Of a stretch of DNA of 64,000 bases, positions 26,169-34,716 are shown piece after piece. Every line of letters starts with the position of its first letter. The stretch's first letter is position 1. Origin of the DNA: Dehalococcoidia bacterium (GTDB lineage Bacteria > Chloroflexota > Dehalococcoidia > Lucifugimonadales > Australimonadaceae); assembly GCA_022820645.1 (NCBI GenBank), contig JAJEFD010000006.1, positions 79,537-143,536 on the forward strand. Reading direction: 5' to 3'. A program made the position numbers and the translations under genes. The notes beneath the pieces are model-generated. The model worked only from the letters and a program-made list of their open reading frames with translations, had not been told where the DNA came from and ran no database searches.

Positions 26169-27209
26169 CTACCCGTCCACGAGCCGCAGCGACTCGGCGG
26201 ACGGCGTGACGTCTCCCGACTCCACGCGGTGCACGAGCGCAGTGATGGCGTCGCAGTATGGCGTCGCGATACCGTGCGCCGCGCCCTTCTGTGAGACGAG
26301 GCCGCTGAAGTAGTCCACCTCGGTCTTCCGCCCGCGACGAACGTCCTGGTACATGGAGGTCATCGCGCCCGGCCCGACGTTCGCGGCGCGCGCCTCCAGT
26401 CCCCGCTCCACCACGTCCGATTCCCCTGCCGCGCTGGCATACACGTCCGGCGCGTCGTAGTCGCCCATGATGCGCGCCAGCGGGTGGCCCTCCGCCTCGG
26501 CGACGCGCATCGTCTCCGCCGCGAGCCGCACCGCGATACGCCGCGCGTCGGCGTTCGCCAGCAGCTCTGCCGACCGCAGCCCGCCGACCGCTGAGACGGG
26601 GTTGAGCATCGTGTTGTTCACCATCTTGGACCAGCGCTCGTGCAGCAGGTCGTCGACCGGCTCGGCGGGCCAGACGTTTCCGAGCACGTCCGCCACGCGT
26701 CGGGCGTTCGCTCCGGCGGGCGCGCCGTACTCGCCGACGTACACCCCCGGGAGTGTCGCGGCAGCAGACGCCCTGCTGACCGACCCCGCCGCCTGTACGC
26801 GCCCCGGCTCCAGGAACGAGCCGTTGACGAGGATGACGCCTCCCACCGTCCGCTCCGCGCCGACCTCCGGCGCTATCCACTCCTCGTTGATGCTGTTCTG
26901 CATCGAGACGAGCAAGCCGTCGTCCGCCAGCCGCGGCTTGCTCACTGCGAGCGCCTCCAGCGTGTCGTACGACTTCACGCAGAGGAAGAGCAGCGAGACT
27001 TCCTCGGCCAGTTCGTGCGGAGCGATGGTCGTGGGTGTGGCATGCTCCTCGCCGCCGCCCTCCGTCTGCATCGTCAGTCCGCGGGCCTGTATCGCCTCAC
27101 GCTGCGCGTCCCACGGCTCGACCACGAGCGGATCGAGCCCCGCGTTGGCGAGCCGCACCGCGATCTGACCGCCGATCGCCCCGGCCCCATAGACGACGAG
27201 GCGGCTCAC
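26169..27209 (-). CDS. 2-dehydropantoate 2-reductase (ketopantoate reductase/ApbA) family oxidoreductase
   Basis: VVYGAGAIGG Rossmann motif, LCVKSYD, and ERWSKMVNNTMLNPVSA. The GTG start overlaps the upstream stop (GTGA). Confidence 0.7.
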   Translation of the reverse strand: MSRLVVYGAGAIGGQIAVRLANAGLDPLVVEPWDAQREAIQARGLTMQTEGGGEEHATPTTIAPHELAEEVSLLFLCVKSYDTLEALAVSKPRLADDGLLVSMQNSINEEWIAPEVGAERTVGGVILVNGSFLEPGRVQAAGSVSRASAAATLPGVYVGEYGAPAGANARRVADVLGNVWPAEPVDDLLHERWSKMVNNTMLNPVSAVGGLRSAELLANADARRIAVRLAAETMRVAEAEGHPLARIMGDYDAPDVYASAAGESDVVERGLEARAANVGPGAMTSMYQDVRRGRKTEVDYFSGLVSQKGAAHGIATPYCDAITALVHRVESGDVTPSAESLRLVDG

Positions 27210-28882
27210 AGCCCGCCCCCGAACTTCCGGCTGTTCACGACGGCCTGCGCGCGCGGGCTGATCTGGCTCTGCACGCGGATGTTCAGCAGCGCCGGCCCGT
27301 CGACCTCGAGTGCGCGGTCGAGCGCGGGGCCGAGCTCCTCCGGACGCTCCACGAGTTCCGCGTACGCGCCCAGCCCCTGCGCGACGAGGTCGTAGCGGGA
27401 CGGCACGAGGTCCGTGATCACGGCCTTCCCGTACAGCCCCTCCTGCAGGTTCTTGTCGATGCCCCACGCCGCGTCGTTCCCCACGAGGAAGACCACCTTG
27501 AGCCCGTGGCGGACGGCAGTGTCGACCTCCATCGCGTTGAACCCGAACGCCCCGTCGCCGGTGATGCAGAACACGCGCGACTCCGGCCTCGCGACCTTCG
27601 CCGCGATGGACATCGGCACCGCCTGCCCCAGCATGCCGAGGTTCGGCAGGTAGTACCACGAGCGCGGCGCGAGCGCAGGCAGATACGCACGCCCGTAGTA
27701 GGCGTAGTCGCCTCCGTCGAACACGAGCACGTCGTCGCGCCGCAAGCGCTGCGCCAGCGTGTGGTGCACCCACATCGAGCGCAGCGGCGTCTCGTCCAGC
27801 ACGTACTGTTCGAGGTACACCTTGTGCTCCGCGACCGCCGTGCGGAAGCGCTCCACCCACGGGCGCTCCGGCCAGTCGCTCTTCGCCGCCTCGTCCGCGA
27901 GCTGCGCCGCGATGGGCCCGACGTCTCCTACGAGTGCGAGGTCGACGCCGCGGTTGCGCCCCGCCTGCGTCGCCTCCGGCTCGACCTGGATGACCGTCGC
28001 GTCGTTCGGGATGACCGGCCCGAAGCCGAAGCCGATGGTGAAGTCGAGCAGCTTGCCGAGGAAGAGGACGGCGTCCGCTTCCCGCACGAGGTTCGCGGCG
28101 GTGTGCTGGCTCAGGTCGAAGAAGCCGAAGCAGTACGGGTGGTCGTCCGGCACGATGCCGCGCGCCGCCTCCTCCGTCAGGAACGGTATCTTCGTCGTCT
28201 CGATGAGCCGCTCGTAGATATGGCCCCAGTCGCCGTAGGCGGCAGGCGTGCTCGCGACGATGATGGGGCGCTCTGCGTTGCGCAGCAGACGCACCGCTTC
28301 CTCGACCGCCTCTGCCGACGCGACGATGGGGTGCGTCCGCCGGTACGACTCCGCGCCGAAGAAGCGGACCTCCTCCTCTTCGACGACGGCGCTCTGCACG
28401 TCGACAGGGACGGTCAGGTGCGCGGGGCCGCGTCTGCCCTCGAACGCAGCCCGGATGGCGGTCGACATCAGATCGGGGATCCGGCGCGGGTCGTGGGCGA
28501 GCCACGCGCCCTTCGTGACCGTGCGCGCGATGCCGACCTGGTCTATCTCCTGCATGATGCCTCGGTGGTAGTTCCGCAGATCGGACGACCCCGCGATGTT
28601 CAGGATGGGGCTCTCCGTCGACTGCGCGTTGATGAGCCCAGGCAGCGCGTTCGCGTGCCCGGGAGTCGTGACCGCCACCACCCCCAGCCTGCCGGTCATG
28701 CGCGCCCACGACTCCGCCATGTGCACCGCGGCCTGCTCGTGGCGGCAGTCGATGAGCCGGAAGTCCTCGTCGTACAGCACGTCCAGCAGCGGAAGGATGT
28801 GGTCGCCCGCGAGGGTGAAGATCGTATCGACGCCTTCCTCCCGCAACGCCCGCGTGATGATCTGCGCTCCGCTTACCGGCAT
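27206..28882 (-). CDS. Thiamine-pyrophosphate-dependent enzyme (acetolactate synthase-like family)
   Basis: Start reassigned to MPVSGAQIITRALREEGVDTIFTLAGDHILPLLD. Carries the TPP-binding motif GDGAFGFNAMEVDTAVRHGLKVVFLVGNDAAW. The track's 764-aa ORF reads through an upstream MITE. Confidence 0.8.
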   Translation of the reverse strand: MPVSGAQIITRALREEGVDTIFTLAGDHILPLLDVLYDEDFRLIDCRHEQAAVHMAESWARMTGRLGVVAVTTPGHANALPGLINAQSTESPILNIAGSSDLRNYHRGIMQEIDQVGIARTVTKGAWLAHDPRRIPDLMSTAIRAAFEGRRGPAHLTVPVDVQSAVVEEEEVRFFGAESYRRTHPIVASAEAVEEAVRLLRNAERPIIVASTPAAYGDWGHIYERLIETTKIPFLTEEAARGIVPDDHPYCFGFFDLSQHTAANLVREADAVLFLGKLLDFTIGFGFGPVIPNDATVIQVEPEATQAGRNRGVDLALVGDVGPIAAQLADEAAKSDWPERPWVERFRTAVAEHKVYLEQYVLDETPLRSMWVHHTLAQRLRRDDVLVFDGGDYAYYGRAYLPALAPRSWYYLPNLGMLGQAVPMSIAAKVARPESRVFCITGDGAFGFNAMEVDTAVRHGLKVVFLVGNDAAWGIDKNLQEGLYGKAVITDLVPSRYDLVAQGLGAYAELVERPEELGPALDRALEVDGPALLNIRVQSQISPRAQAVVNSRKFGGGL

Positions 28883-28954
28883 GTGCGTCCCGCTCCGAAC
28901 CGTGAGGATGCCCGCGATGCTAGCACACGCCAGGAGCAAGGCGACGATAGATCT

Positions 28955-29085
28955 GTCATTCCGAGCGAAGCGCAGCGGAGCCGAGGAATCTCTCGGGTGG
29001 AGACCCCTTGTAGACGAACGCTCCCCGAGAGATGTTTCGACTTCGCTCAACATGACAAGGGGGAAGCTCCGCTCAACATGACAAG
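28955..29085 (+). mobile_element. Family B MITE-like structured repeat (about 105 bp) with a duplicated 3' terminus
   Basis: GTCATTCCGAGCGAAGCGCAGCGGAGCCGAGGAATCTCTCGGG...CCCCGAGAGATG...CGCTCAACATGACAAG. The outer and inner arms are mutually complementary. gctcaacatgacaag is repeated at 29045-29059 and 29071-29085. A second copy lies at 33447..33548. Confidence 0.7.
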
Positions 29086-29131
29086 AGCGGCCTGCTTGCG
29101 CGCCCACACCTCTACCCCCGAAACTCCCCGC

Positions 29132-29479
29132 ATGGCGCTTGCAGACGAACAGTGCGTGGAGCTGAACGCGCAGTCGACGCTCGCGACGGCCAACGATGCC
29201 GCCGCGATGCTGGCGGACCTGCCGGAGTGGAGCGTCGCGAACGAGGGCGGCATCGATCAGCTCGTGCGCGCGTTCCGGTTCGAGACGTTCGCGCGGGCGC
29301 TGGCGTTCACGAACGCCGTCGGCGAGGCGGCTGAGGCGCAGGGCCACCACCCGCGCATCGTCACCGAGTACGGCAGGGTGACGGTGTCGTGGTGGACGCA
29401 CTTCCTCGGCGGGCTGCACCGCAACGACTTCATCATGGCCGCGCGCACGGACGCGCTTGCGCGGGAGATACGGGGGTAA
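29132..29479 (+). CDS. phhB: Pterin-4a-carbinolamine dehydratase
   Basis: LPEWSV...LVRAFRFETFARALAFTNAVGEAAEAQGHHPRIVTEYGRVTVSWWTH...GLHRNDFIMAARTD is the canonical PCD signature. The start is uncertain. Confidence 0.8.
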   Translation: MALADEQCVELNAQSTLATANDAAAMLADLPEWSVANEGGIDQLVRAFRFETFARALAFTNAVGEAAEAQGHHPRIVTEYGRVTVSWWTHFLGGLHRNDFIMAARTDALAREIRG

Positions 29480-29482
29480 CGC

Positions 29483-29854
29483 ATGGGCAGACCGGTCCAC
29501 TTCGAGATACTCGGCGACGACCCGGCAAAGCTGGCCGAGTTCTACAGCGACGTGCTCGGCTGGGAGTTCCAGTCATGGTCGGGCTCCGAGGAGTTCCAGC
29601 AGGAGTACTGGCTCGCCACGACCGGCCCGAAGGAGCAGGTCGGCATCGACGGCGCCATCATGAAGCGCCACTTCCCGCAGCCCGTCATCAACACGACGCT
29701 GGTCGACTCGCTGGACGAGACGCTGGCGAAGGTGGCTGCGGCGGGCGGCAAGCTGGTCTTCGGCCCGAACGAGATCCCCTACGTCGGCACGCACGCCTAC
29801 TGCGAGGACCCGCAGGGCAACCTCTTCGGCGTCATCGAAGAACCCAAGGCGTAG
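29483..29854 (+). CDS. VOC (glyoxalase/bleomycin-resistance) family protein
   Basis: MGRPVHFEILGDDPAKLAEFYSDVLGWEF...GTHAYCEDPQGNLFGV. Confidence 0.7.
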   Translation: MGRPVHFEILGDDPAKLAEFYSDVLGWEFQSWSGSEEFQQEYWLATTGPKEQVGIDGAIMKRHFPQPVINTTLVDSLDETLAKVAAAGGKLVFGPNEIPYVGTHAYCEDPQGNLFGVIEEPKA

Positions 29855-29880
29855 GTCTCCGACTCCCCATCCGCAGTACC

Positions 29881-29916
29881 CTCACCCTAACCCTCTCCCC
29901 TTGTAGGGAGAGGGGA
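29881..29916 (+). repeat. Family C palindromic repeat (CCCTCACCCTnnCCCTCTCCCC..GGGAGAG)
   Basis: ctcaccctaaccctctccccttgtagggagagggga, with a 9-bp stem CCCTCTCCC/GGGAGAGGG. A second copy lies at 37011..37047. Confidence 0.7.
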
Positions 29917-29928
29917 TGACGCAGAAGA

Positions 29929-29946
29929 GGCGCCCCGAAGGGCGCC
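29929..29946. terminator. GC hairpin between convergent genes
   Basis: GGCGCCC-CGAA-GGGCGCC, immediately after the Family C hairpin, between the VOC stop (29854) and the amidohydrolase stop (29974). Confidence 0.4.
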
Positions 29947-29973
29947 CCTGTACGGATGCGGCACTCCCTCCTC

Positions 29974-31068
29974 CTACAGCCCGTAGAGCGCCACGGAGTT
30001 GTCGACGAGCACCTTGCGCTTCGACTCCTCGCTGATGGTGTCGAGATTGCGGAAGGTTTCGATGGCGTCGACCTCGCTGGACGTGTCCGTGTGGCCGTAG
30101 TCCGTGCCGATGACGATGTTCTCGTCGCCGACGTAGTCGAACACGTACGGGAAGTCGTCGTCGGTCTGGGCGGAGACGTAGATGTTGTATTCCTTGAACG
30201 GGTTGTCCGGGTAGTACCAGCCGGCCTGCTTCGCGCGGCGGGAGGACTCGTGGATGATCCACGGCACCCACTGGCACGACGACTCGATGAAGCCCCAGCG
30301 CAGTTCGGGGTAGCGCTTCGGGACGTCGCTCAGGATGAGGCCGTTGCAGGCGTGGACGGTCGGCATCCGGAAGGTGGGCAGGCCGCCGCTGGGGTCGTAG
30401 GCGGACGCGATCGCGCTGACGTACGCCTCGTTCGCGTTCGCGATATGGATGGTCATCGCAAGGTCGTTCTCCTGCGCCGCCTCGAAGTACGGGAAGAAGT
30501 ACGGGTCGAGCATGAAGCGGTGCCCCTCGAACGGCTTCGTCACCACGCCCACCGCACCGTTCTCCTTCACCCACGGCATCCAGTCGATGGCGGTGTCGAG
30601 GTCAGTCAGCGGGAGGACGGCGGCCCAGCGCAGGCGTCCGCCGGACTCCTTCCAGGCCTCGGCCATCCAGCGGTTCCACGCCTTGCAGAGGGCGCGGTCC
30701 ACTTCCGGGCGCTGCGACACGTCGCGGATCCAGAGCGTGTTATGGAGGATCTGGATGTCCACCCCGAGCCTGTCCATGTGCGCGAGGCGCAGCGAGATAT
30801 CGTCGAGGGAGCGTGCCTCCTCGGACGTGACGAGGTCGCGCCCGGCGCGCTCGGACATCGCCTTCAATTCGCGCTCGACCGGCGACGCGGGGCGGAGCCC
30901 TGCGATGCGTCCGTCGATCACCCAGTAGCGGCTCGCGGGCCTCTCCGGGTTCGTGAAGAGGAACGGGCGGAACTGCTTGTCCGCCTCGTCGAGGTAGTCC
31001 CACGTCTGCTCGCTCTCGATGACGTGCGCGTCCGCGTCGATAGCCTTGTACTTCACCGCCGTGGTCAT
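29974..31068 (-). CDS. Amidohydrolase-2 (ACMSD-like metal-dependent hydrolase/decarboxylase) family protein
   Basis: Start at MTTAVKYKAIDADAHV (RBS AAGGAG). HxH-type N-terminal metal motif (DADAHV); MTIHIANA; C-terminal GTDYGHTD. Confidence 0.75.
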   Translation of the reverse strand: MTTAVKYKAIDADAHVIESEQTWDYLDEADKQFRPFLFTNPERPASRYWVIDGRIAGLRPASPVERELKAMSERAGRDLVTSEEARSLDDISLRLAHMDRLGVDIQILHNTLWIRDVSQRPEVDRALCKAWNRWMAEAWKESGGRLRWAAVLPLTDLDTAIDWMPWVKENGAVGVVTKPFEGHRFMLDPYFFPYFEAAQENDLAMTIHIANANEAYVSAIASAYDPSGGLPTFRMPTVHACNGLILSDVPKRYPELRWGFIESSCQWVPWIIHESSRRAKQAGWYYPDNPFKEYNIYVSAQTDDDFPYVFDYVGDENIVIGTDYGHTDTSSEVDAIETFRNLDTISEESKRKVLVDNSVALYGL

Positions 31069-31199
31069 GTCCTCACTCCTTTGGCGTATCGCTGCCTTCA
31101 GAACGCCCGTAGTATCCCGCACCCACGCCCCGCTGACAACAGCGCCCTTACTCCGTCGTCCCGCCTACCCCAGCCGCAGCGAAGTTTCCGGGGGAAACG

Positions 31200-31335
31200 C
31201 TGCTCATTTCTGCTCATCCGCTCGAGTTTCACTTCTGGGATCGGCCTTCCGCGCGAGCAGTCCAACTGCTCATAACTGCTCATCCGTTGCTCATTCACTC
31301 CGCACGACTGCTCATTTCCCCTCAGAACTGCTCAC
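31200..31335 (+). repeat. Array of seven direct (C)TGCTCA(T/C) repeats with about 10-11-bp phasing
   Basis: TGCTCAT begins at 31201, 31211, 31267, 31277, 31288 and 31309, and TGCTCAC at 31329. Spacings are 10, 56, 10, 11, 21 and 20 nt. The array is intergenic. Confidence 0.75.
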
Positions 31336-31518
31336 CTGCCTACGGGGGCTTGGGGAGCACTCAGCGCCGTCAGCGACCAGCGTATGCAATCGGGGCGCGA
31401 CCGCGAAAGGGGCCGGTGTCACAGTGAGGTGACACGAGGTTCTTACGCGATTGCGAATGGCGCGTCTACGCTTGGGGAAATCACGAGAAAGGAGAGAACG
31501 CCGTCGTTGTCATGGTAA

Positions 31519-31686
31519 GCAAGGCTGGATACGCTGCGAACGTTGCCGAGCAATCGGCTGGAAGCACTCAAGGGCGACAGGGAAGGACAGTACTCCATCC
31601 GCATCAACCGTCAATGGCGTATCTGCTTCAGTTGGCCTCGCGGCAACCCTGGCCCTACCGAAGTCGAGATTGTGGACTACCATTAG
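31519..31686 (+). pseudogene. higB: higB (RelE-fold toxin, PF05015-type) remnant: C-terminal ~55 codons only
   Basis: [55 protein letters not shown] matches the C-terminal half of HigB toxins (...LKGDR.G.YSIRIN.QWRI.F......DYH). An in-frame TAA lies at 31516-31518, and no HigB-like N-terminus is found in any frame. Confidence 0.55.
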
Positions 31687-31698
31687 CAAGAGGGGGAT

Positions 31699-31989
31699 AT
31701 GTTCAAGCGCGCCGTGCACCCCGGCGAGATACTGAGGGACGAACTGGACGAGTTAGGCGTCAGCCCGACGGCGTTCGCGCGCGCCATCGACGTGCCTCCC
31801 AACCGCATCAGCCAGATCATCGCTGGCAAACGCTCGGTAACCGGAGACACCGCCCTTCGTTTTGGGCACTGGTTCGGCGTCGACCCGCAGTTCTGGATGA
31901 ACCTCCAAGGGCAGTTCGACCTCGCGATCGCGGAAGAACACGCCGGAGCGGCGGTGCGCGGACTGCCGGTCGCGCCGCGGAGCGTGTAG
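31699..31989 (+). CDS. higA: HigA antitoxin (XRE-type HTH)
   Basis: HPGEILRDELDELGVSPTAFARAIDVPPNRISQIIAGKRSVTGDTALRFGHWFGVDPQFWMNLQ is the canonical HigA/VapI signature. Confidence 0.85.
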   Translation: MFKRAVHPGEILRDELDELGVSPTAFARAIDVPPNRISQIIAGKRSVTGDTALRFGHWFGVDPQFWMNLQGQFDLAIAEEHAGAAVRGLPVAPRSV

Positions 31990-31992
31990 GCC

Positions 31993-32802
31993 TTGCGAAC
32001 ACTCGCCCTCCTTGCCCTGACGCTCCTCGCGCTGGGGCTCGCGGCATGCTCGGAGGCGACTCCGACGCCTGCTCCGACCGCAACGCCCACTCCCGTGCCC
32101 ACGGCAACGCCTACTCCCGCTCCTGCTCCCACCGATATCCCGCTGCCCACGCCGACCGTCGCCTCCGATCCGATCGAGTTCAGCTTCACTTTCGACGATG
32201 ACGCCGAGGGTTGGACCGTCGGGTTTGCGGACCTGCCCGCCGATTACGACCAGTCGATCTTCGAGCTCGACCACGGGCATCGTCCGCTTCCGGACGGACT
32301 GGAAGGCAGCGGCGTCTACGTCCAGGGGCACAACCGCAGCGACGACCTTTTCATCTTCCTCAAGAGACGGGTCGGAGGCCTGGAGCCGGATGCAACGTAC
32401 ACGGTCGAGGCCTCGGTCGACCTGGCAACCAACGTCCCCACGGGCCTCGTTGGCATCGGCGGCGCTCCCGGAGAGAGCGTCTACGTGAAGGCGGGTGCGT
32501 CGGACGTTGAACCCGATACGGTGCTGGACAACATCGGGTACTCCAGGATGAACGTCGACAAGGGCAACCAGTCCCGGGGAGGCGAGGCGATGGTCGTGCT
32601 CGGCAACGTCGCTCACCCTGACGTGACTGACCGGGAGTACCGCATCAAGACGCTGGACAACGACGGGCGGACAATGACCGTCGAGGCGGACAGTGAAGGC
32701 CGGGTGTGGCTCATCGTCGGCACCGATTCCGGGTTCGAGGGCTTCACCGCCCTCTACTACGACCGCATCTCCTACCGCCTGCGGCTGGCGGACGAAGGCT
32801 GA
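31993..32802 (+). CDS. Lipoprotein with a Pro/Thr linker, function unknown
   Basis: MRTLALLALTLLALGLAAC (lipobox), then TPTPAPTATPTPVPTATPTPAPAPT, then a beta-rich domain. TTG start right after the higA stop. Confidence 0.55.
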   Translation: MRTLALLALTLLALGLAACSEATPTPAPTATPTPVPTATPTPAPAPTDIPLPTPTVASDPIEFSFTFDDDAEGWTVGFADLPADYDQSIFELDHGHRPLPDGLEGSGVYVQGHNRSDDLFIFLKRRVGGLEPDATYTVEASVDLATNVPTGLVGIGGAPGESVYVKAGASDVEPDTVLDNIGYSRMNVDKGNQSRGGEAMVVLGNVAHPDVTDREYRIKTLDNDGRTMTVEADSEGRVWLIVGTDSGFEGFTALYYDRISYRLRLADEG

Positions 32803-32993
32803 ACAAAGCCCACAGTGACACCCGCCCCTTACGCAGTCGCCTCTGCCTGCCCTACCATGGTTCCAGTCGCGGGAGCCCGCCGATCGTCAGGAGTGCCGTG
32901 GCCGACTTTGGCTCACAATGGCTCACTTTTCGCGAGACGGGCCATTCCGCGCGGAGACCAGTAGGTAACCATGAGCGAGAAGAAGGAGGCCCC

Positions 32994-33437
32994 ATGTCCG
33001 ACGTCAAGCCCATCCCGGACGGCTACACCGCCATCACGCCCTACCTCGTTGTCGAGGGCGCGAGCGGCTACATCGACTTCCTAGCGAACGCGTTCGGCGC
33101 GGTGGAGCGCATGCGTATCCCCCTGCCTGAGGACCTCGTGGCGCACGCCGAGGTCACGATCGACGGCGCCATCGTCATGCTCTCCGACGCGATGCCGCCC
33201 GATTCCCCCGCCCAGACGGCGCACATCCACCTCTACACCGCGGACGTGGACGCCGCCTACGCCAGAGCGGTGAGCGCGGGCGCAACCTCGGACGCCGAGC
33301 CCGAGACCCACTTCTACGGCGAGCGCATGGCAAGCGTGACCGACCCCCGCGGCATCCACTGGACGCTCGCCACCCACGTCGAGGACGTGGACATGGACAC
33401 GCTCATGCAGCGCATGGCGGAGATGGAACAGGGGTAA
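32994..33437 (+). CDS. VOC-fold protein (PhnB/YjdN-like)
   Basis: IPDGYTAITPYLVVEGASGYIDFLANAFGA...AHAEVTIDGAIVMLSDA...FYGERMASVTDPRGIHWTLATH. RBS GAAGGAGG. Confidence 0.7.
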   Translation: MSDVKPIPDGYTAITPYLVVEGASGYIDFLANAFGAVERMRIPLPEDLVAHAEVTIDGAIVMLSDAMPPDSPAQTAHIHLYTADVDAAYARAVSAGATSDAEPETHFYGERMASVTDPRGIHWTLATHVEDVDMDTLMQRMAEMEQG

Positions 33438-33446
33438 GTGGGGAAT

Positions 33447-33548
33447 GTCATTCCGAGCGGAGTGCAGCGGAGTCGAGGAATCTCTCAGGGGCGCTCCTCC
33501 CAGGCCGACCTTCCCCGAGAGATGCCTCGGCTACGCTCGGCATGACAA
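33447..33548 (+). mobile_element. Family B MITE-like structured repeat, second copy
   Basis: GTCATTCCGAGCGGAGTGCAGCGGAGTCGAGGAATCTCTCAGGG...CCCCGAGAGATGCCTCGGCTACGCTCGGCATGAC. The termini GTCATTCCGAGCG / CGCTCGGCATGAC are inverted repeats with one mismatch. Confidence 0.7.
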
Positions 33549-33573
33549 CACGCCGATACGCTAGACTCACGCC

Positions 33574-34716
33574 ATGACGAACACCTCGAAAGCAGCAGCC
33601 ATCGTCGGCGTCGCCGAGTCCGACGAGATCGGACTCGTGCCGCACAAGTCGGCGCTCGCCCATCACGCCGAGGCCGCGCACAACGCGCTGGAGGACGCAG
33701 GGCTGACCCGCAACGACGTCGACGGCCTCCTCACCGCGGGCTACGTCAACTACGACCTCGCCGACTACCTCGGCCTCGCGCCGCGCTACACGGACACCAC
33801 CACGGTCGGCGGAGCGTCGTTCGTGATCCACGTCGGGCACGCGGTCAACGCCATCGCCAACGGCCTCTGCGAGGTCGCGCTCATCACCCACGGCCAGGCC
33901 GGACGCAGCAGCCGCGTCCCCATCCCGCGCGACCCCAACCTGCCCTCCGCCATGTACGAGATGCCGTACGGCATGATCGGCATGCCCATCAACTACTCGA
34001 TGGCCGCCACCCGGTACATGCACCAGTACGGCGAGGACCGGACGCGCCAGGCGATGGCCGAGATCGCCGTCTCCACGCGCAAGTGGGCGCAACTGAACCC
34101 GAAAGCGATGATGCGCGACCCGATGTCGTTCGACGACTACCACGACTCGCGCTGGATTTGCTGGCCGTTCCACCTGCTGGACTGCTGCCTCGTGACGGAC
34201 GCGGGCGCGGCCATCGTCGTCACGACCCCCGAGCGCGCGCGCAGCCTGCCGAAGCCGCCTGTGTGGGTGCTCGGCCACGCGGAGCACCACGACCACGCGG
34301 GCATCACCACGATGCCGGACCTCACGTCGACGCCCGCCCGCGTCACCGGCCCCGCCGCGCTCGGCATGGCCGGCGTCACGCATGGCGACATCGACCTCAC
34401 GATGATCTACGACTCGTTCACGTACACGGTGCTGGTCACGCTGGAGTCGCTCGGCTACTGCGGGCCGGGCGAGGGGCCGGACTTCGTGGCGGGGCAGCGC
34501 ACCGCTCCCGGCCGCGACTTCCCGCTCAACACGAGCGGCGGCGGCCTCTCCTACACGCACCCCGGCATGTACGGCATCTTCCCGGTCGTCGAGGCGGTGC
34601 GGCAGCTGCGCGGCGAGTGCGGCGACCGCCAGGCGCCGGACGTGTCGCTGGCGCTCGTGAACGGCACCGGCGGGGCGCTGTCGGCCACCGGCACCATCGT
34701 CCTGGGGGTGGAGTGA
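33574..34716 (+). CDS. Thiolase-like (SCP-x/lipid-transfer type) protein
   Basis: AAIVGVAESD...GGASFVIHVGHAVNAIANGLCEVALI...YMHQYG...LNTSGGGLSYTHPGMYG. Confidence 0.75.
   Translation: MTNTSKAAAIVGVAESDEIGLVPHKSALAHHAEAAHNALEDAGLTRNDVDGLLTAGYVNYDLADYLGLAPRYTDTTTVGGASFVIHVGHAVNAIANGLCEVALITHGQAGRSSRVPIPRDPNLPSAMYEMPYGMIGMPINYSMAATRYMHQYGEDRTRQAMAEIAVSTRKWAQLNPKAMMRDPMSFDDYHDSRWICWPFHLLDCCLVTDAGAAIVVTTPERARSLPKPPVWVLGHAEHHDHAGITTMPDLTSTPARVTGPAALGMAGVTHGDIDLTMIYDSFTYTVLVTLESLGYCGPGEGPDFVAGQRTAPGRDFPLNTSGGGLSYTHPGMYGIFPVVEAVRQLRGECGDRQAPDVSLALVNGTGGALSATGTIVLGVE

Noticed and set aside
28883-29500. N-terminal ~205 codons of the track ORF 27206..29500 (-).
   Set aside because: This part reads through the Family B MITE and the antisense of the pterin dehydratase gene. 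The TPP-enzyme homology starts at MPVSGAQIITRAL (comp. 28880-28882).
31451-32201. ORFs 31451..31735, 31512..32201 and 31683..32189 overlapping the higB remnant and higA.
   Set aside because: They are out of frame with the clearly recognisable HigB C-terminus and HigA. Their translations are Arg/Gly-rich and carry no motifs.
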